This document shows positions 11,591 through 25,544 of a stretch of DNA of 64,000 nucleotides, piece by piece (position 1 is the stretch's first letter; each line of letters opens with the position of its first letter). The stretch spans positions 21,514,001-21,578,000 of the forward strand of contig NC_042998.1 in assembly GCF_006345805.1 (NCBI RefSeq). The letters are read 5' to 3'. The translations under genes were made by a program, and so were the position numbers. The notes beneath the pieces were generated by a model, which saw only the letters and a program-made list of their open reading frames with translations, had not been told where the DNA came from and did no database searches. Source of the DNA: Octopus sinensis. Its lineage: Eukaryota.

Positions 11591-13923
11591 CTATATTTGA
11601 AAGACGAGTATGACATTGAGACGTAGAACCACTATCCATAAAGATCAGAAGCGGTTCCCGCAATTCTGATAAATTCCTTTAAGTCAACACATAGAGAAAT
11701 GTGCAGGTAACCACAAACCAAATTTCACAGTTTTCCCCTTCTACCAGTGCAAAGATACAATTTTCTACAAGAACGTTTAAATGAAAAAAACTTTTTTTCA
11801 CCGAAAAATACAGAGCGCGTCTAAATATGCTTGCATAACCAACTTTGATCTCTTTACATATTCTAATACACGATTACGTCATTATACATATATCTACCCA
11901 ATAAACTAGTTATCGAAAGTTTGTGTGTATATATATATATATATGTATATATATATAATCCTAACACCCTACAGAAAGCTGAACAGTTATCTCCCCTCCC
12001 CACATTCATAACGATAGCTAATTACCACCCCTTCCTTTTCTACTTGTTGAATCATTCACTCATAAATTTCCCACACAACATGTACCAAAAAGTTTCTTCT
12101 TAAGAAAATACTATTTAAATAAATCTTAAAGTCATGAATAGCGAAAGCGAAACCGGTCGACAAGCAAAATATAAGATATATTTAAAATTATATTAAAACT
12201 ATATAATATGTGTGCATTTTCCTTCTTTAATTTCTTATATACAGTTGCGGCCAAACTGTTCAGAACGGCATTGTTTTCGCCAGAAAAGTAGGTATAAGTT
12301 TTTATCAAAGTTGTTTTATGTTCTATAATTTTCACAGACAATAAATACGATATTATTTGTTATTGTCTGAGATTTTAGTGTAATTTGAGAGATTAATACA
12401 AAAGTTATAGATGATATAGTGATTTACTGCAAAACCCATGCCGGCAAAATGATCAGAACGGTTGAAAAAATAACAAAATAATCAAAAATGACAGAGAATA
12501 CTGGAATTATTGAATAGTCAGTGTGAAGCCCTTTAGCTTCGATCATACTTTGACATCTTCGACTGCATGAGGAAATTAAATTTTCAATTTCTTGCTAGGT
12601 GATCTTATTCCATTCTTCCTGAAGGGCATTCCATAATTGCTCGGTTGTTTTAGGATTTCTGGCTTTCGAACGTTCTCCTAGAATATTCCACACATTTTCA
12701 AAAGGATTGAGATCTGGGCTTTGAGCAGGCCAATCCATAATAAGAACCTTTTCAGCCGTGAGGAAGTTCATGACCACCTTAGCCTTGTGACATGGGGCAT
12801 TGTCCTGCATGAACATGGGTGGTCGCTTAGTTGAATTTCTCAGCAAAGGCAAGACATGATCTTTTACAAGTTGTTTATAAACTCCTGCATTTACCGTTCC
12901 GTGTAATCGCACCAAAGAGCCCACACCATCTCCAGATATCATCCCCCAAACCATGACACTTCCTCCACCGAATTTAACACTAGTCTTAAGGCATTTAGGC
13001 GACAATTTTTCACCTACTTTTCAATGAATGTACCTTTTCCCATCTGAGCCAAATAACATAAACTTAGATTCATCACTGAAATGTACCGTTTGCCATTTTT
13101 CTTGAGACCACAACACATGTTCGGTTGCAAAGGTAAGACGACACTTTTTTATTTTTGGAGCTGATCAGTGGCTTCACTGCAGGTGATCTTGCTTGCAGGT
13201 TATGTTCAACTAAACGATGAGACACAGTTTTTCGAGATAACGTTTTCTTCAGTACAATGCTCATTTCCTGAGAAACAGCAGCAGCAGTTTTAAATCTGTC
13301 CTTTTTAACCAACTTTACCATAGCACGATCTTCTCTCTTGGTCGTTTTTCTTGGCCTACCTGTAGACTTTCTAGCTTCACATGAACCACAATCATCGAAG
13401 ACCTTAAGAATACCGTGAACAACATTTTTTGACTTGTTAACAATCTTTGCAAGAGACTCAATACTTAAATTATCCTTCTTTCAAAGCTTAATAATCTACT
13501 GACAAATTGGTAACGGAGTAAGTGGCATTATATTAGCAAAGTACACTGCAGATATTCTTACTAATGTTTAGTAAACAAACCATCGCGTAAACAAATTCAA
13601 AACATCAGAGTTCGCCGGTTAAATATACTAAAACACAGAGAAAAGCAACCGTTCTGATCATTTTGGCCGCCATGGGTTTTGCAGTAAATCCCTAAATCAT
13701 CCATAACTTTTGTATTATCCTCTCAAATTACACCAGAATCTCAGACAATAACGAATAATATTCTATACATTGTCTGTGAAAATTATAGAATATAAAACAA
13801 CTTTGATAAAAACTTATACCTACTTATCTGGCAAAACAATGCCGTTCTGAACATTTTGGCCGCAACTGTATATATTACATGTCACCACGTGAAGATAATC
13901 GAAATTCCTCCCTTTCTGTTACT

Positions 13924-13925
<2 letters not shown>
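11591..13925 (+). mobile_element. Inverted second arm of the same Penelope-like element (GIY-YIG 3' end + pLTR), interrupted by Tc1 at 12242-13868
   Basis: 11591-11860 is the reverse complement of about 10560-10800 (SMTLRRR...IPLSQHIEKCAG...FPFYQCKD); the pLTR resumes at 13869 after the Tc1. Confidence 0.8.
12242..13868 (-). mobile_element. Full-length Tc1 (DD34E) DNA transposon, IR/DR type, inactive
   Basis: 223-bp TIRs (12242-12464, 13646-13868) starting CAGTTGCGGCCAAA, TA flanks, inner/outer direct repeats (tcagaacgg). Transposase about 12510-13528 with GRPRKTT, SDESKF, QDNAPCH-34-E, plus stops and a frameshift. Confidence 0.96.
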
Positions 13926-14045
<120 letters not shown>

Positions 14046-14099
14046 AAACATGAAAACTATCAAATATTTGAAATTTCCTTTTTCCTGTTTTATTTCTTT

Positions 14100-15380
14100 C
14101 TCCCTATTCCATTTTGTTTATCTTTGCTTTTTTCGTTCTGATGATGCGTAATCAATTGCAACGAGGTAAATACATATTTACCCCAGCCTGATATACGGAA
14201 ACAGCTGTGGACTTACTCTATCAAACTCCCAATCTTACATTAATAATTAAATAATACCTTAATAACACCAAAGATCCACTTATCATTGTTATTTATTTCT
14301 CCATTTTCTTATCGTCTTTACGTACATTAAACTACGGTTTACCTTTAAATTACCCACTACCGTATACCATATAACAAAGACCATACATACTGAGGTAATT
14401 ACCAGGAGTGCTTCTGGATACATCTATCCCTTAGATGGCTTTCATACACCTAACTTATATCTTACGTAACATATACATTTCCAAGAAACCTTAGCCAGAC
14501 ATAAAGTCGGCACATACTGGGTTATTTGCTCCATTTGGAGCAAAGAACAATAGAAACCTCTTTAAAAGATATACCGATTCCACTTAAAAATGTATATCTA
14601 AAAGAAGTCATTAACAAACTAACCTATTTCACCCACCGTTTACAATGGCAAGCTTTATTTTATGACAAAACAACCAAGCAGAGACGACGTACCACCATAA
14701 CAGCAACGACGTTACCAAGGGAGTTTTCAAAACTAGGAAAACACACCCACCAAACAGCCACTGGGACGCATTCGAAAACGAACTATGGGATACTGTTAAG
14801 AATCTACAATTCAAACGACACCTTCTAAGGAATAACTTTTACAAAAAACCTAAAGGACCTACTATAAAAACTGAAATTGCAAAAGGGAATTATTGTACAT
14901 TCTGATAAAACCAGAAATTCATATATTTTGGATATTAATTTATAACACCAACTTTTGCATAAAGAAATTACAAAAAAAAAAAAATTACAAAATAGCACCC
15001 AATAAATCCTATCTATGTAAATTAAGTAAATTAATATTAGATAAATATATCCCTAAATTAAAGAATATGATAGCCCTAGAACTATGGTCCAAGTCCTATA
15101 AAGCCTTAAACTGATTCTCCAATAAACAGAACATGAAGAACTACAAATTCCTACAAATAGACATAGAAGATTACTACTCATCTACTAACACTACGATCCT
15201 TAATAATGCTCTTAACTTCGCCATAAATCATACCCAACTAACAATGAATGGAATTAATGTAATATTAGAAGCGAGAAAATCCATAATAAATTTCGATAGC
15301 AAACTATGGGTAAGGAAAGACTATCCTAATAACTCCGATATCACCATGGGAGTCCCAGATTCAGCACAGATAATTAATTT
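14100..15380 (+). mobile_element. Penelope-like element 5' part (pLTR with hammerhead-like motif, RT fragments), dead
   Basis: SLKDIPIPLKNVYLKEVINKLTYFTHRLQWQALF and YKFLQIDIEDYYSS...ARKSII...WVRKD...DITMG match recalled Penelope RT motifs; CTGATGA...GAAACAGCTGT at 14138-14208. Confidence 0.8.
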
Positions 15381-16299
15381 GCAGCTACAAAATAGTGTGC
15401 GACTTCCTTAGTGCCAAGAACAACAATCAGCCATGTTTATCAAAACAAGTCCAGAAAATGAAAATAATAGGAAAAAAATTATAGATAGGAAAGGGAAAAA
15501 CAAATGTATGAAGGAAAAAATAACAAGAGAAAGAAGGAAAATATGTAATAGAAGGGGAACAAGAAACACCAAAAATAATAGACGAGGACGAAAGAAAAAA
15601 AAACAAATGGACAGACACAGAATCTTCGGCCACTTGAGTACTCCTAGGCCTAACTCGTACTCCAAAAACAGGAACAGATTTCAGAACACGAAGACAGTTC
15701 ACAAAAATGTCCGTCAGCAGGAACTAAATTGATATTTCATGCAAAATTCCTCCCTTCACTGGTAATCTAACAGGCAGCTACAAGGGAAAATCCCAGTTCG
15801 AATTCTTGGCGGTGAGACACGCCCACCAAATCAATTCACCTTAAGTGAACAATGATACTCAACTGCGAGCCGACAAATGTCTAGAATCTAGTGAGGACTA
15901 CTTTCATAGGAAAGAATATTACACACCAAACAACAAACCCCCACTGAACCCAAAAAACAAAAGCCTTACTTTACAGTTGAGCTATTTTTGTCAATAATTC
16001 GCAGCTACAAAATAGCGTGCGACTTCCTTAGTGCCAAGAACGAAACTAACAACAGCGCATGCGTGTAAGCGGTAAGAAAGCTACTTCATTTCATTATATT
16101 TGCCATAAAAGCAGTATATAGAGTGTAGCTTTGCGGGCTGGACAAGAACGTTAATGAAGTGAATGATAATGAAACGAAGGTGATAAGGACAGGAGAAGAC
16201 AAAAAGCGCCCGCCAACTTTTGCTTCTCTAAAACTTGTTCTTCAGAAAATACAAAATGAGGTATTAAACCTCTTACAATAGTTTTCACAATTTAAAACA

Positions 16300-18100
16300 C
16301 ATAGTTGAGGCAGTTAAGTTCCTTCCACCCAGACCAGGCTGTATGCTACCATAAGGCACTGCTCCAGGTCAAGATCGGGGCCCCGAAATGCAAATCTGAA
16401 CATGTCCTTCGAGAAGGCGCCCATCACCCTGAACATATCGACATCTGACATGTCCTTCGTAGTCACCTGCAAAGGCCAATCCTCATCCTCTGTTCAGGGC
16501 ATGGGCTCCTCTCTCCGGTCATCCAGCTTCACTACGATGCTCTTTACTGCTCCTCTCTTCTGGAAGAAGATGACAAAATCATCTTTCCTCCTTCTGGGAG
16601 GGGCCGTTGTTTCCTTTGTCGGTGTCACACATCCCACCGACAAAGTTCCCGGGCATGCCTGCAGTTTACCATCAACCGCCGGCAATGTCCCGTTCTTCTT
16701 TTTCGTTTCCGCTTTTCTTTTACCTCGGGAGGGTGGAGTTCCTCCGTCTTGTCTGTAAATCCTTCCATTCCTTCCACCGCCTCAGGATCCATTGCGTGGC
16801 AACCATTGTTGCCCACCTTTTTCTTTTTCTCCCTTTCTTTTTCGATGGGGTTGCCTCCCTCTCGGCTTCCTCCCTCTCTCCCTCTCCTCCAATGGGGGAG
16901 CAGGTGACTTTACTATTAACTGTTCCAGGGCCTTTGCTTGGTCCCGGTGGCAGTTTTTCGTGACACTTGGTGGGGCATCCCTCAAGATTACTGGGTATCT
17001 GAAACCGGCCATTGTTAAAAGAAATCTAGTAAAACCAGATCATCGGCTGATTGGGTCCATAAGGTCAAAATTGCTTTCGACCCCACCCAATCAGCCGCAG
17101 GTAGAATTCTGACATTCAAGAGCCTGGCCTGGCTACCACCCAGACCCCGACGGAGAGTGTCTTCTATTCATTCGGGCTCTATTCCGGGTGGCAGCCCACT
17201 ATGCAAGCTCTTGCCAATTTTCTGCCTGTATATGTGGGGAGAAACAGAATTTCCTCCCCCTCCAACAGTTGGCTCGCTTATTCTTGAGCCTCTGCAGAGG
17301 TATCAAAAAGCAACCACACCGTTGCGTATTTGATACCCCTTTCAATGAATTTAATATTTGGCAGGTATTCTGCCAACTCCTTTTCTATTTCTTCTGCGAG
17401 AACACAGCGATGGTGTCGAGTGACCTATAATATTTCCTCAACACCACCGTTGTTGCATTAAAATTTTTCAGCCACTGCTTGGGGGCCACAATTTTCCACT
17501 CCAATACAGTGCTTTAAGTTGCCATGATGATAAAACAGAGCAAATAAAAAGAATGTTCAAAACAAAAGTTCAAAAACGTTTCAAATGAAAAGTCAATAAG
17601 CAACTAAAAAAAAAAACGGAAAGATAGAGCAAAGAAGAAAGAACGAAGGAAGACAGTTGAATGGCAACACAATTCTGCCACTTGTGCAGTCCACACGAAT
17701 GTAGGTTCTCCGTCGCAGCACAAAAATATCCCAATTTTGGTTTCTCGCAGCTAAGTGAGACTTTAAACACAAAACACAGAAATGTTTCTGGCTGTCCCGG
17801 TACTCCAGGCCAAATGGTAATCCTCCTGGCCGAAATAGTCAGAAATAACACAATTTTCGGAGAGCCACACCTCCCACAACAAACCTCTCACAACCAAGTG
17901 AGATCTTAGGCATGGCCACTGGCAGACAAATGCATGGAACCCTCTTGTTCGACAAACAATAAATAATACGAGCAACAGAAGCCCACTAGGTCACAAAAAA
18001 ATCAGACGTCCTACATAGTAGTCGTGGTTCACTATTTCACGACGTGACTTCCACCGCAAGAAAAAACGCGTCCACTCTGTTCTGAAGTAAGAAAGCTATT
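16300..18100 (-). mobile_element. LINE (L1/Tx1-like) ORF1 and 5' region relic
   Basis: Degenerate minus-strand frame (EIEKELAEYLPNIKFIERG...ILFLPTYTGRKLARACIVG...AGFRYPVIL) then a K/R-rich tail; related relics (FALIPTYLRKRRARINISGVPP) at 31250-31510, 53690-53950 and 9010-9140. Clade assignment tentative. Confidence 0.5.
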
Positions 18101-18154
18101 TACTACACAGCCACTCCTACGCCTATTCATACAACATAAATTTACTTATGTTTG

Positions 18155-18738
18155 TTTTTTGTACGTCAACACTGTATGATGTGGTTTAGTGCAAATTTCA
18201 CTGGAATATGTTCACAGGTTCAGCAAATACGCGGCCTTACTGTTCGTTCTAAAAATAAACTGCATCGAACTCTATGGTCAATTTAGGTCATGCTAAATAT
18301 AATGAACTTCTTTCTTCCATGCCTGATAATTCCATCATAAAATAGAGACAATAGTTCAAAATCCTTTATGGGCCTAAAATAAATGTAATTTCCAAAAGAT
18401 ACTACTTGCATTCAAGTACCTTAACTGAACCTTAAAGATACATAACAAAAAGATAAGGATTGTAACTTTTGAATATACAGCTGTTTACGTATAAGCTGTT
18501 AGCGAATTGCTATAAGATGCATGGAAACAAAACTGTTGCACTCCATAAAATAAATTTCCCACGTTAGTAACAAAACCTGTCAAGCTACTTATATAGTTAC
18601 TGCTAACGTTACACTCAGATCGCACAAAGTGGAATAATAATACCACTGCGAGTAAGAAGTGTAGGACCCCAACATTTGCGGATTTTACCATTTCTGTCTT
18701 CTATCGCTAGCTGCACGAAACAGTGGGGGTTCACAATC
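18155..18738 (+). promoter_or_regulatory. Putative promoter/5'UTR of G2 (TATA-like TATATAG 18590, Inr-like TCAGAT 18615)
   Basis: Conserved upstream of G3 (41420/41444) and G4 (62134/62159, TCAGTT) with 26-27 nt from the TATA-like motif to the Inr A. Confidence 0.5.
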
Positions 18739-18748
18739 ATGCAAGCCT
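18739..18748 (+). CDS. CD225 paralog G2 coding exon 1 (ATG CAA GCC T; phase 1)
   Basis: caatcATG followed by gtaagt; phase 1 matches the exon 2 acceptor; equivalent 10-nt exons precede G3 and G4. Confidence 0.8.
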
Positions 18749-19109
18749 GTAAGTATTATATGTTATGAATTTTCATAAGTATATATTCATGAATTTTCCA
18801 AAGTATATGTTAATGAATTTTCGTAAATTCTCACTATATGTCCGCGTCTATAATTTCTTTTTTTTAAGCACACACCCTGATTGGCTTGATAAAGTGTTAA
18901 GAAAATTAATCATCTCCGTTCTTTCAGCGCGCAAATGTTAATTAAATACTAGTTTAAGCACACTTGTAATACACGCTGCAGTAATTGAACCCAAGAAACA
19001 GGCCTCTGTAGCTGTTACTTTAATTTTCAGCCACTATATATGCCTACATGCACACACACATAAAGACACACACACACGCTCGCCGACGCACATGCACAGA
19101 TAGATAGAT

Positions 19110-19165
<56 letters not shown>

Positions 19166-19199
19166 AAAATATTTCTTTATATTCTTATATTCGTTTACT

Positions 19200-19520
19200 T
19201 GTTCAGGCATTTGACTACGGCCATGCTGGAGCACCGACTTGAAGATTTTTATTCGAAGAAAATTAGCCCAGGTCTTATTCTTTGTAGGCCTGGTACATAA
19301 ACCAACTTACCGAACCGCTAAACCCATTAATATCGATTCTCGATAAGGGATAGTGGGGGGACAAACACAGACATACATATACATGACGGGATTCTTTCAG
19401 TTTCCTCTATCAAATCTATTCACAAGGCTTTGGCCAAACCGAGGTTACAGGAGGAGACACTTGCCCACGCTGCCATGAAGTAGGAGTGTACCTGCAGCAA
19501 GCTTAATGCCTCACAACCAC
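19200..19520 (-). mobile_element. SINE family 2 (V-domain-like), diverged
   Basis: Reverse complement of the AGGCGCAGG head, aaagccttgtga core and ctccagcatggcc tail. Confidence 0.8.
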
Positions 19521-19528
19521 GCCTGCGC

Positions 19529-19571
<43 letters not shown>

Positions 19572-19588
19572 CCTATATATATACATAC

Positions 19589-19619
<31 letters not shown>

Positions 19620-19629
19620 ATATATATAT

Positions 19630-20032
19630 ACTAGCAGTATCGCCCGGCGTTGCTCGGGTTTGTTTCGACCCTTTAGAATTGGAACTTTTGAAAAGTAAAA
19701 GTTTTGCATTATGTAGCGTGTTATATATATAGTGAACATTTAAGTGAACATTTTTCTGGTTGAAATACAGCGAAAAATGGCGACACAGCAGTCAAAAATC
19801 GTAAAAAATAGGGATTTTCATAGAAAAAAAGCACCTTTTTGATGTAAATAACTTTTGGTATTAACATGGTCCGATTTGAATTTTTTCTTCTACAGAAGGC
19901 AGAGCAAGCCTTTTTCTATCATACTCTCAATTTTGGTCAACTAGCACTGTAGGGTCTCGAAGGAGATAGTGTTAGTTGAAGGCTACCAAACCTGCCATAC
20001 ACAAACAACTTCAGCTATATATATAGAGAGAT
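19630..20032 (+). mobile_element. Helentron/Helitron-like non-autonomous element (HINE-like)
   Basis: 5' ACTAGCAGTATCGCCCGGCGTTGCTCGGG hairpin and 3' CACAAACAACTTCAGCTATATATATAGAGAGAT; inserted in (TA)n. Confidence 0.7.
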
Positions 20033-20452
20033 ATAGTGAAAAGTAAAAAGTAAAAATGTCAAAAGGAAGAGTAAATACGGTTAGACAGCTTTTTAATCTC
20101 TACAAATGTTTCGATAGATACAGATTTTCGTTTACACAGGATTTAAAGTTATGTTTAAATTAAATTATTTAACGATTTACCTATACAAGAAGATCTATAT
20201 GTATCTCCTCAGGCGATACTCAGTTGCTGTCTCCGTAAGTAAATTTAGATTTCCATGCTACAACATCCATAGTTTCTTCTTTGAAACTAACAAACGTTGC
20301 TGGTTTCAATTTTTATTTTTTATTTTAACACACGAGGAATACCTAGGACTAGAATTGGTAGCATACCATGTGAATACTACCGGCTATTTGGTAATTCTAA
20401 GGGTGAACGAGTTCTATTTGTACTCTTATACGTTCTTAACAGAACACACCTC

Positions 20453-20490
<38 letters not shown>

Positions 20491-20617
20491 CAATTAAGGA
20501 CAACTACTTAATAAGGAAAACTTAACAAGAAATTGTCAGGTAGATAGCGTGAAAACCTCATAAGAGAATAAATTTCGAAAATAATTATTTCTTATTGAAC
20601 ATATTAATTTATATATA

Positions 20618-20785
20618 GAGGGCATTATACATACATGCCAGAGAGCATTATACATACATGCCACACGCTAAGAGGGACATGCATTCGGTGGGATTAGTAA
20701 TATTTTTGGTAGAAATGACTAATTGTCCCTCTTAGCGTGTGGCATGTATGTATAATGCTCTCTGGCATGTATGTATAATGCCCTC
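20618..20785. mobile_element. 168-bp MITE with perfect 62-bp TIRs in (TA)n
   Basis: 20618-20679 is the exact reverse complement of 20724-20785; each arm holds a 23-nt direct repeat (gag(g/a)gcattatacatacatgcca). Confidence 0.85.
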
Positions 20786-20834
<49 letters not shown>

Positions 20835-20864
20835 TATCAACTCGCGTGTTCCTTTTTAACCTTC

Positions 20865-20905
<41 letters not shown>

Positions 20906-21052
20906 GTAAAATGTATAGGGTAGTGAATATTTATAGAAATTTCACTACCAGTGGCCTTGCATGTATAAAAAATCAATAGACAACATATTCTCAATATAAA
21001 GTAGTACACTATATATATCAACCACACACATAGATTAACAGCTACAACCACA

Positions 21053-21083
<31 letters not shown>

Positions 21084-21224
21084 GCGTGCTATCATTACAC
21101 ACACACACAGACATGCGCGCACGCACATTTTATACACTTACACACACATACCTCCCTCTCTTGCATTCACCTGTCTTTGAAAGAACTTTTTCTCCACCCA
21201 TTACCTTCCGGTCATTCAAAATGT

Positions 21225-22960
<1,736 letters not shown>

Positions 22961-23043
22961 TATGTATGTATGTATATATATATATATATATATAAATAAT
23001 ATAATATATATATATATTATATATATAATATATAATATATAAT

Positions 23044-23956
23044 GAAATATTAAAATAACTAAGTCTCTCTAAAAGAGAACAGCGGCAGCGTTCCCGGAAA
23101 ATAATAGTTATCGCCATACTAATATGGCATTTATAAATAAGAAAAAAGCTGTCCGCTTATTAGCTCCATGAGGCCATCGCCTTAAGTTAGCTATTTGATA
23201 CACAAACTGTATCCATATAACCTTCGAACAAGGGAGGTCAGTCGCTCCACACTACTTGACCGGCAGCTACAGACGCGTTTCGGAGTATTGCCCCTTTTCA
23301 ATGCAGCGTAGCCAGCCAGTAGGTGTCGCTTCCGACATCTCTGTTCGATGGTTTTATTTACCTAGTTTCGGTGGAATACATCCACTTGTTTTCAATAATA
23401 GAAAATTAAAATAACTAAGTCTCTCTAAAAGAGAACAGCGGCAGCGTTCCCGGAAAATAATAGTTATCGCCATACTAATATGGCATCTTATAAAATAAGA
23501 AAAAAGCTGTCCGCTTATTAGCCCATGAGGCCATCGCCTTAAGTTAGCTATTTGATAAGCGGACAGCTTTTTTCTTATTTTTATAAGAATGCATATTAGT
23601 ATGGCGATAACTATTATTTTCGAAGGCTGCCGCTGTTCTCTTTTAGAGAGACTTAGTTATTTTAATATTTCTATTATTGAAAACAAGTGGATGTATTCCA
23701 CCGAAACTAGGTAAATAAAACCATCGAACAGAGATTGTCGGAAGCGACACCTACTGGCTGGCTACGCTGCATGAAAAGGGGCAATACTCGAAACGCGTCT
23801 GTAGCTGCCGGTCAAGTAGTGGGAGCGACTGACCTCCCTTGTTCGAAGGTTATATGGATATTGGTATCAAATAGCTAACTTAAGGCGATGGCCTCATGGA
23901 GCTAATAAGCGGACAGCTTTTTTCTTATTTTTATAAGAATGCCATATTGTATGGCG

Positions 23957-23958
<2 letters not shown>
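23044..23958. mobile_element. Hammerhead-bearing approx. 350-nt tandem repeat with fold-back inversion (retrozyme/PLE-like)
   Basis: About 1.4 copies on the - strand (period 356: 23052/23408) then about 1.1 copies on the + strand (period 350: 23555/23905); type I hammerhead at 23252-23322(-); flanked by (TA)n. Confidence 0.85.
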
Positions 23959-24005
<47 letters not shown>

Positions 24006-24085
24006 CATATGATACACACACACATATATACATATATATATATACATACTTACACACATACATATTTATGTATATATTCATATAT

Positions 24086-24359
24086 ATATCAAACTAAAAT
24101 CATTGAACAAGCAAATACAAAGTCAACCGCATGTCATTTCATAATTCGAACATTTAATTATAGAATAAACATATAACCCGCAAGTTTTAATGATAAGAAT
24201 TTTTCTCGCACCATACCATACTATTATTATTACGTGCTGTACATATGAATTTTGTTCCATCTTGCGGGTTATATGTTTATTCTATAATTAAATGTTCGAA
24301 TTATGAAATGACATGCGGTTGACTTTGTATTTGCTTGTTCAATGATTTTAGTTTGATAT
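24086..24359. repeat. Perfect 99-bp inverted repeat with 76-nt spacer
   Basis: 24086-24184 is the exact reverse complement of 24261-24359. Confidence 0.95.
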
Positions 24360-24446
24360 TTTTGTCTCTTCCAATAGAGCACTTCTATTGCAGTCCTATT
24401 AAACCTTTTTTGTTCCTGACAAGAAACAATTATTGTATCGATATTC

Positions 24447-24567
<121 letters not shown>

Positions 24568-25544
24568 CATGTGTGTACATATATATGTATATAGGGAAAC
24601 ATTCATATATAAATGTACACACTCATATGTATATATATGTGTGCATATGTATCTACAGAGAAGTCGAGAGAGAGTTAGAGGGAGTCAGAGAGAGCCCGAG
24701 GGAAAGAGAAACAGAGCGAGTGTGAATAAGCTTTTTTATTTGTGTGAACTTCCGTAAGTTATAATAGGGAAGAAACTAATTTTGTTGCTTCTGATGTTTT
24801 AATTGTTTCTTTTATAAAATTTGCTATTATGCTAATAAATATGTCTTGAATACTAGTATTCATTTCGAGCTTTTGCATCAGCACCCAGAGATTTCACAAA
24901 TGCTCAGTTATAAATATTGTGCTTATAGCCTAACTTCTGATGATACCCATGGCGATAAAATCGTTCTTCCACAGATGCCCGTCGTACGAAAGGTGAATCT
25001 CTAGTTCGTATATACACATCCACATGCACATTATTTATGAAGGGTTTTATACGGTTTCATGCAAATTAAAGTTTCATCGTAGGCTTCTGAGGCGAACCTT
25101 TGTATGAGACAAGTCCCGGATGTCTTCTATATGTGGAAGATTTTTGTCCAAGGTGACCAAACACGAAGGTTCCTAGCCACATATTAATGCCTATATATAT
25201 ATGTATGTGTGTGTGTATGTACATATTTCTATATAAATGTAATGTTATGTAGATAAGTATGTGTGTCTATGTAAATATACTTGTGTGTGTGAATTTATGT
25301 TGTATGTGTGCGAAAATAGATATAAATATGTACATAGAAATCTGTTCATACATATAAGTATGTACATATAAATTTGTATATATATGTACATATATATTTG
25401 TATGTATTTATGTATGTATGTATCTTAGTAAGTACGTACGCATGTATGTATGTGTGTATGTATGTGTGTGTGTATGTATGTGTGCATGCATGTATGTATG
25501 TATGTATGTACATATGTATGTATGTATGTGTGCATGCATGTTGT

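Noticed and set aside
15433-15732. K/R-rich ORF as a GIY-YIG or nucleic-acid-binding protein
   Set aside because: Low-complexity purine-rich sequence with no GIY/YIG motifs.
18550-18565. NF-kB/IRF sites in the promoters (aaatttccc, gaaacaaaac)
   Set aside because: Partial matches only, not conserved in G4, and expected by chance in AT-rich DNA.
18485-18691. Minus-strand ORF that looks like a signal-peptide protein (MVKSANVGVLHFLLAVVLLF...)
   Set aside because: Antisense to the G2 promoter/5'UTR; the G3 paralog has an in-frame TGA after about 12 codons, and G4 lacks the ATG context.
23044-23958. CRISPR array or other prokaryotic/viral system
   Set aside because: No short repeat-spacer periodicity and no cas or operon-like genes anywhere; the window is spliced eukaryotic DNA.
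24937-24995. CTGATGA...GAAA as another hammerhead
   Set aside because: No convincing stem II closure, stem III or NUH triplet; likely chance or too decayed.
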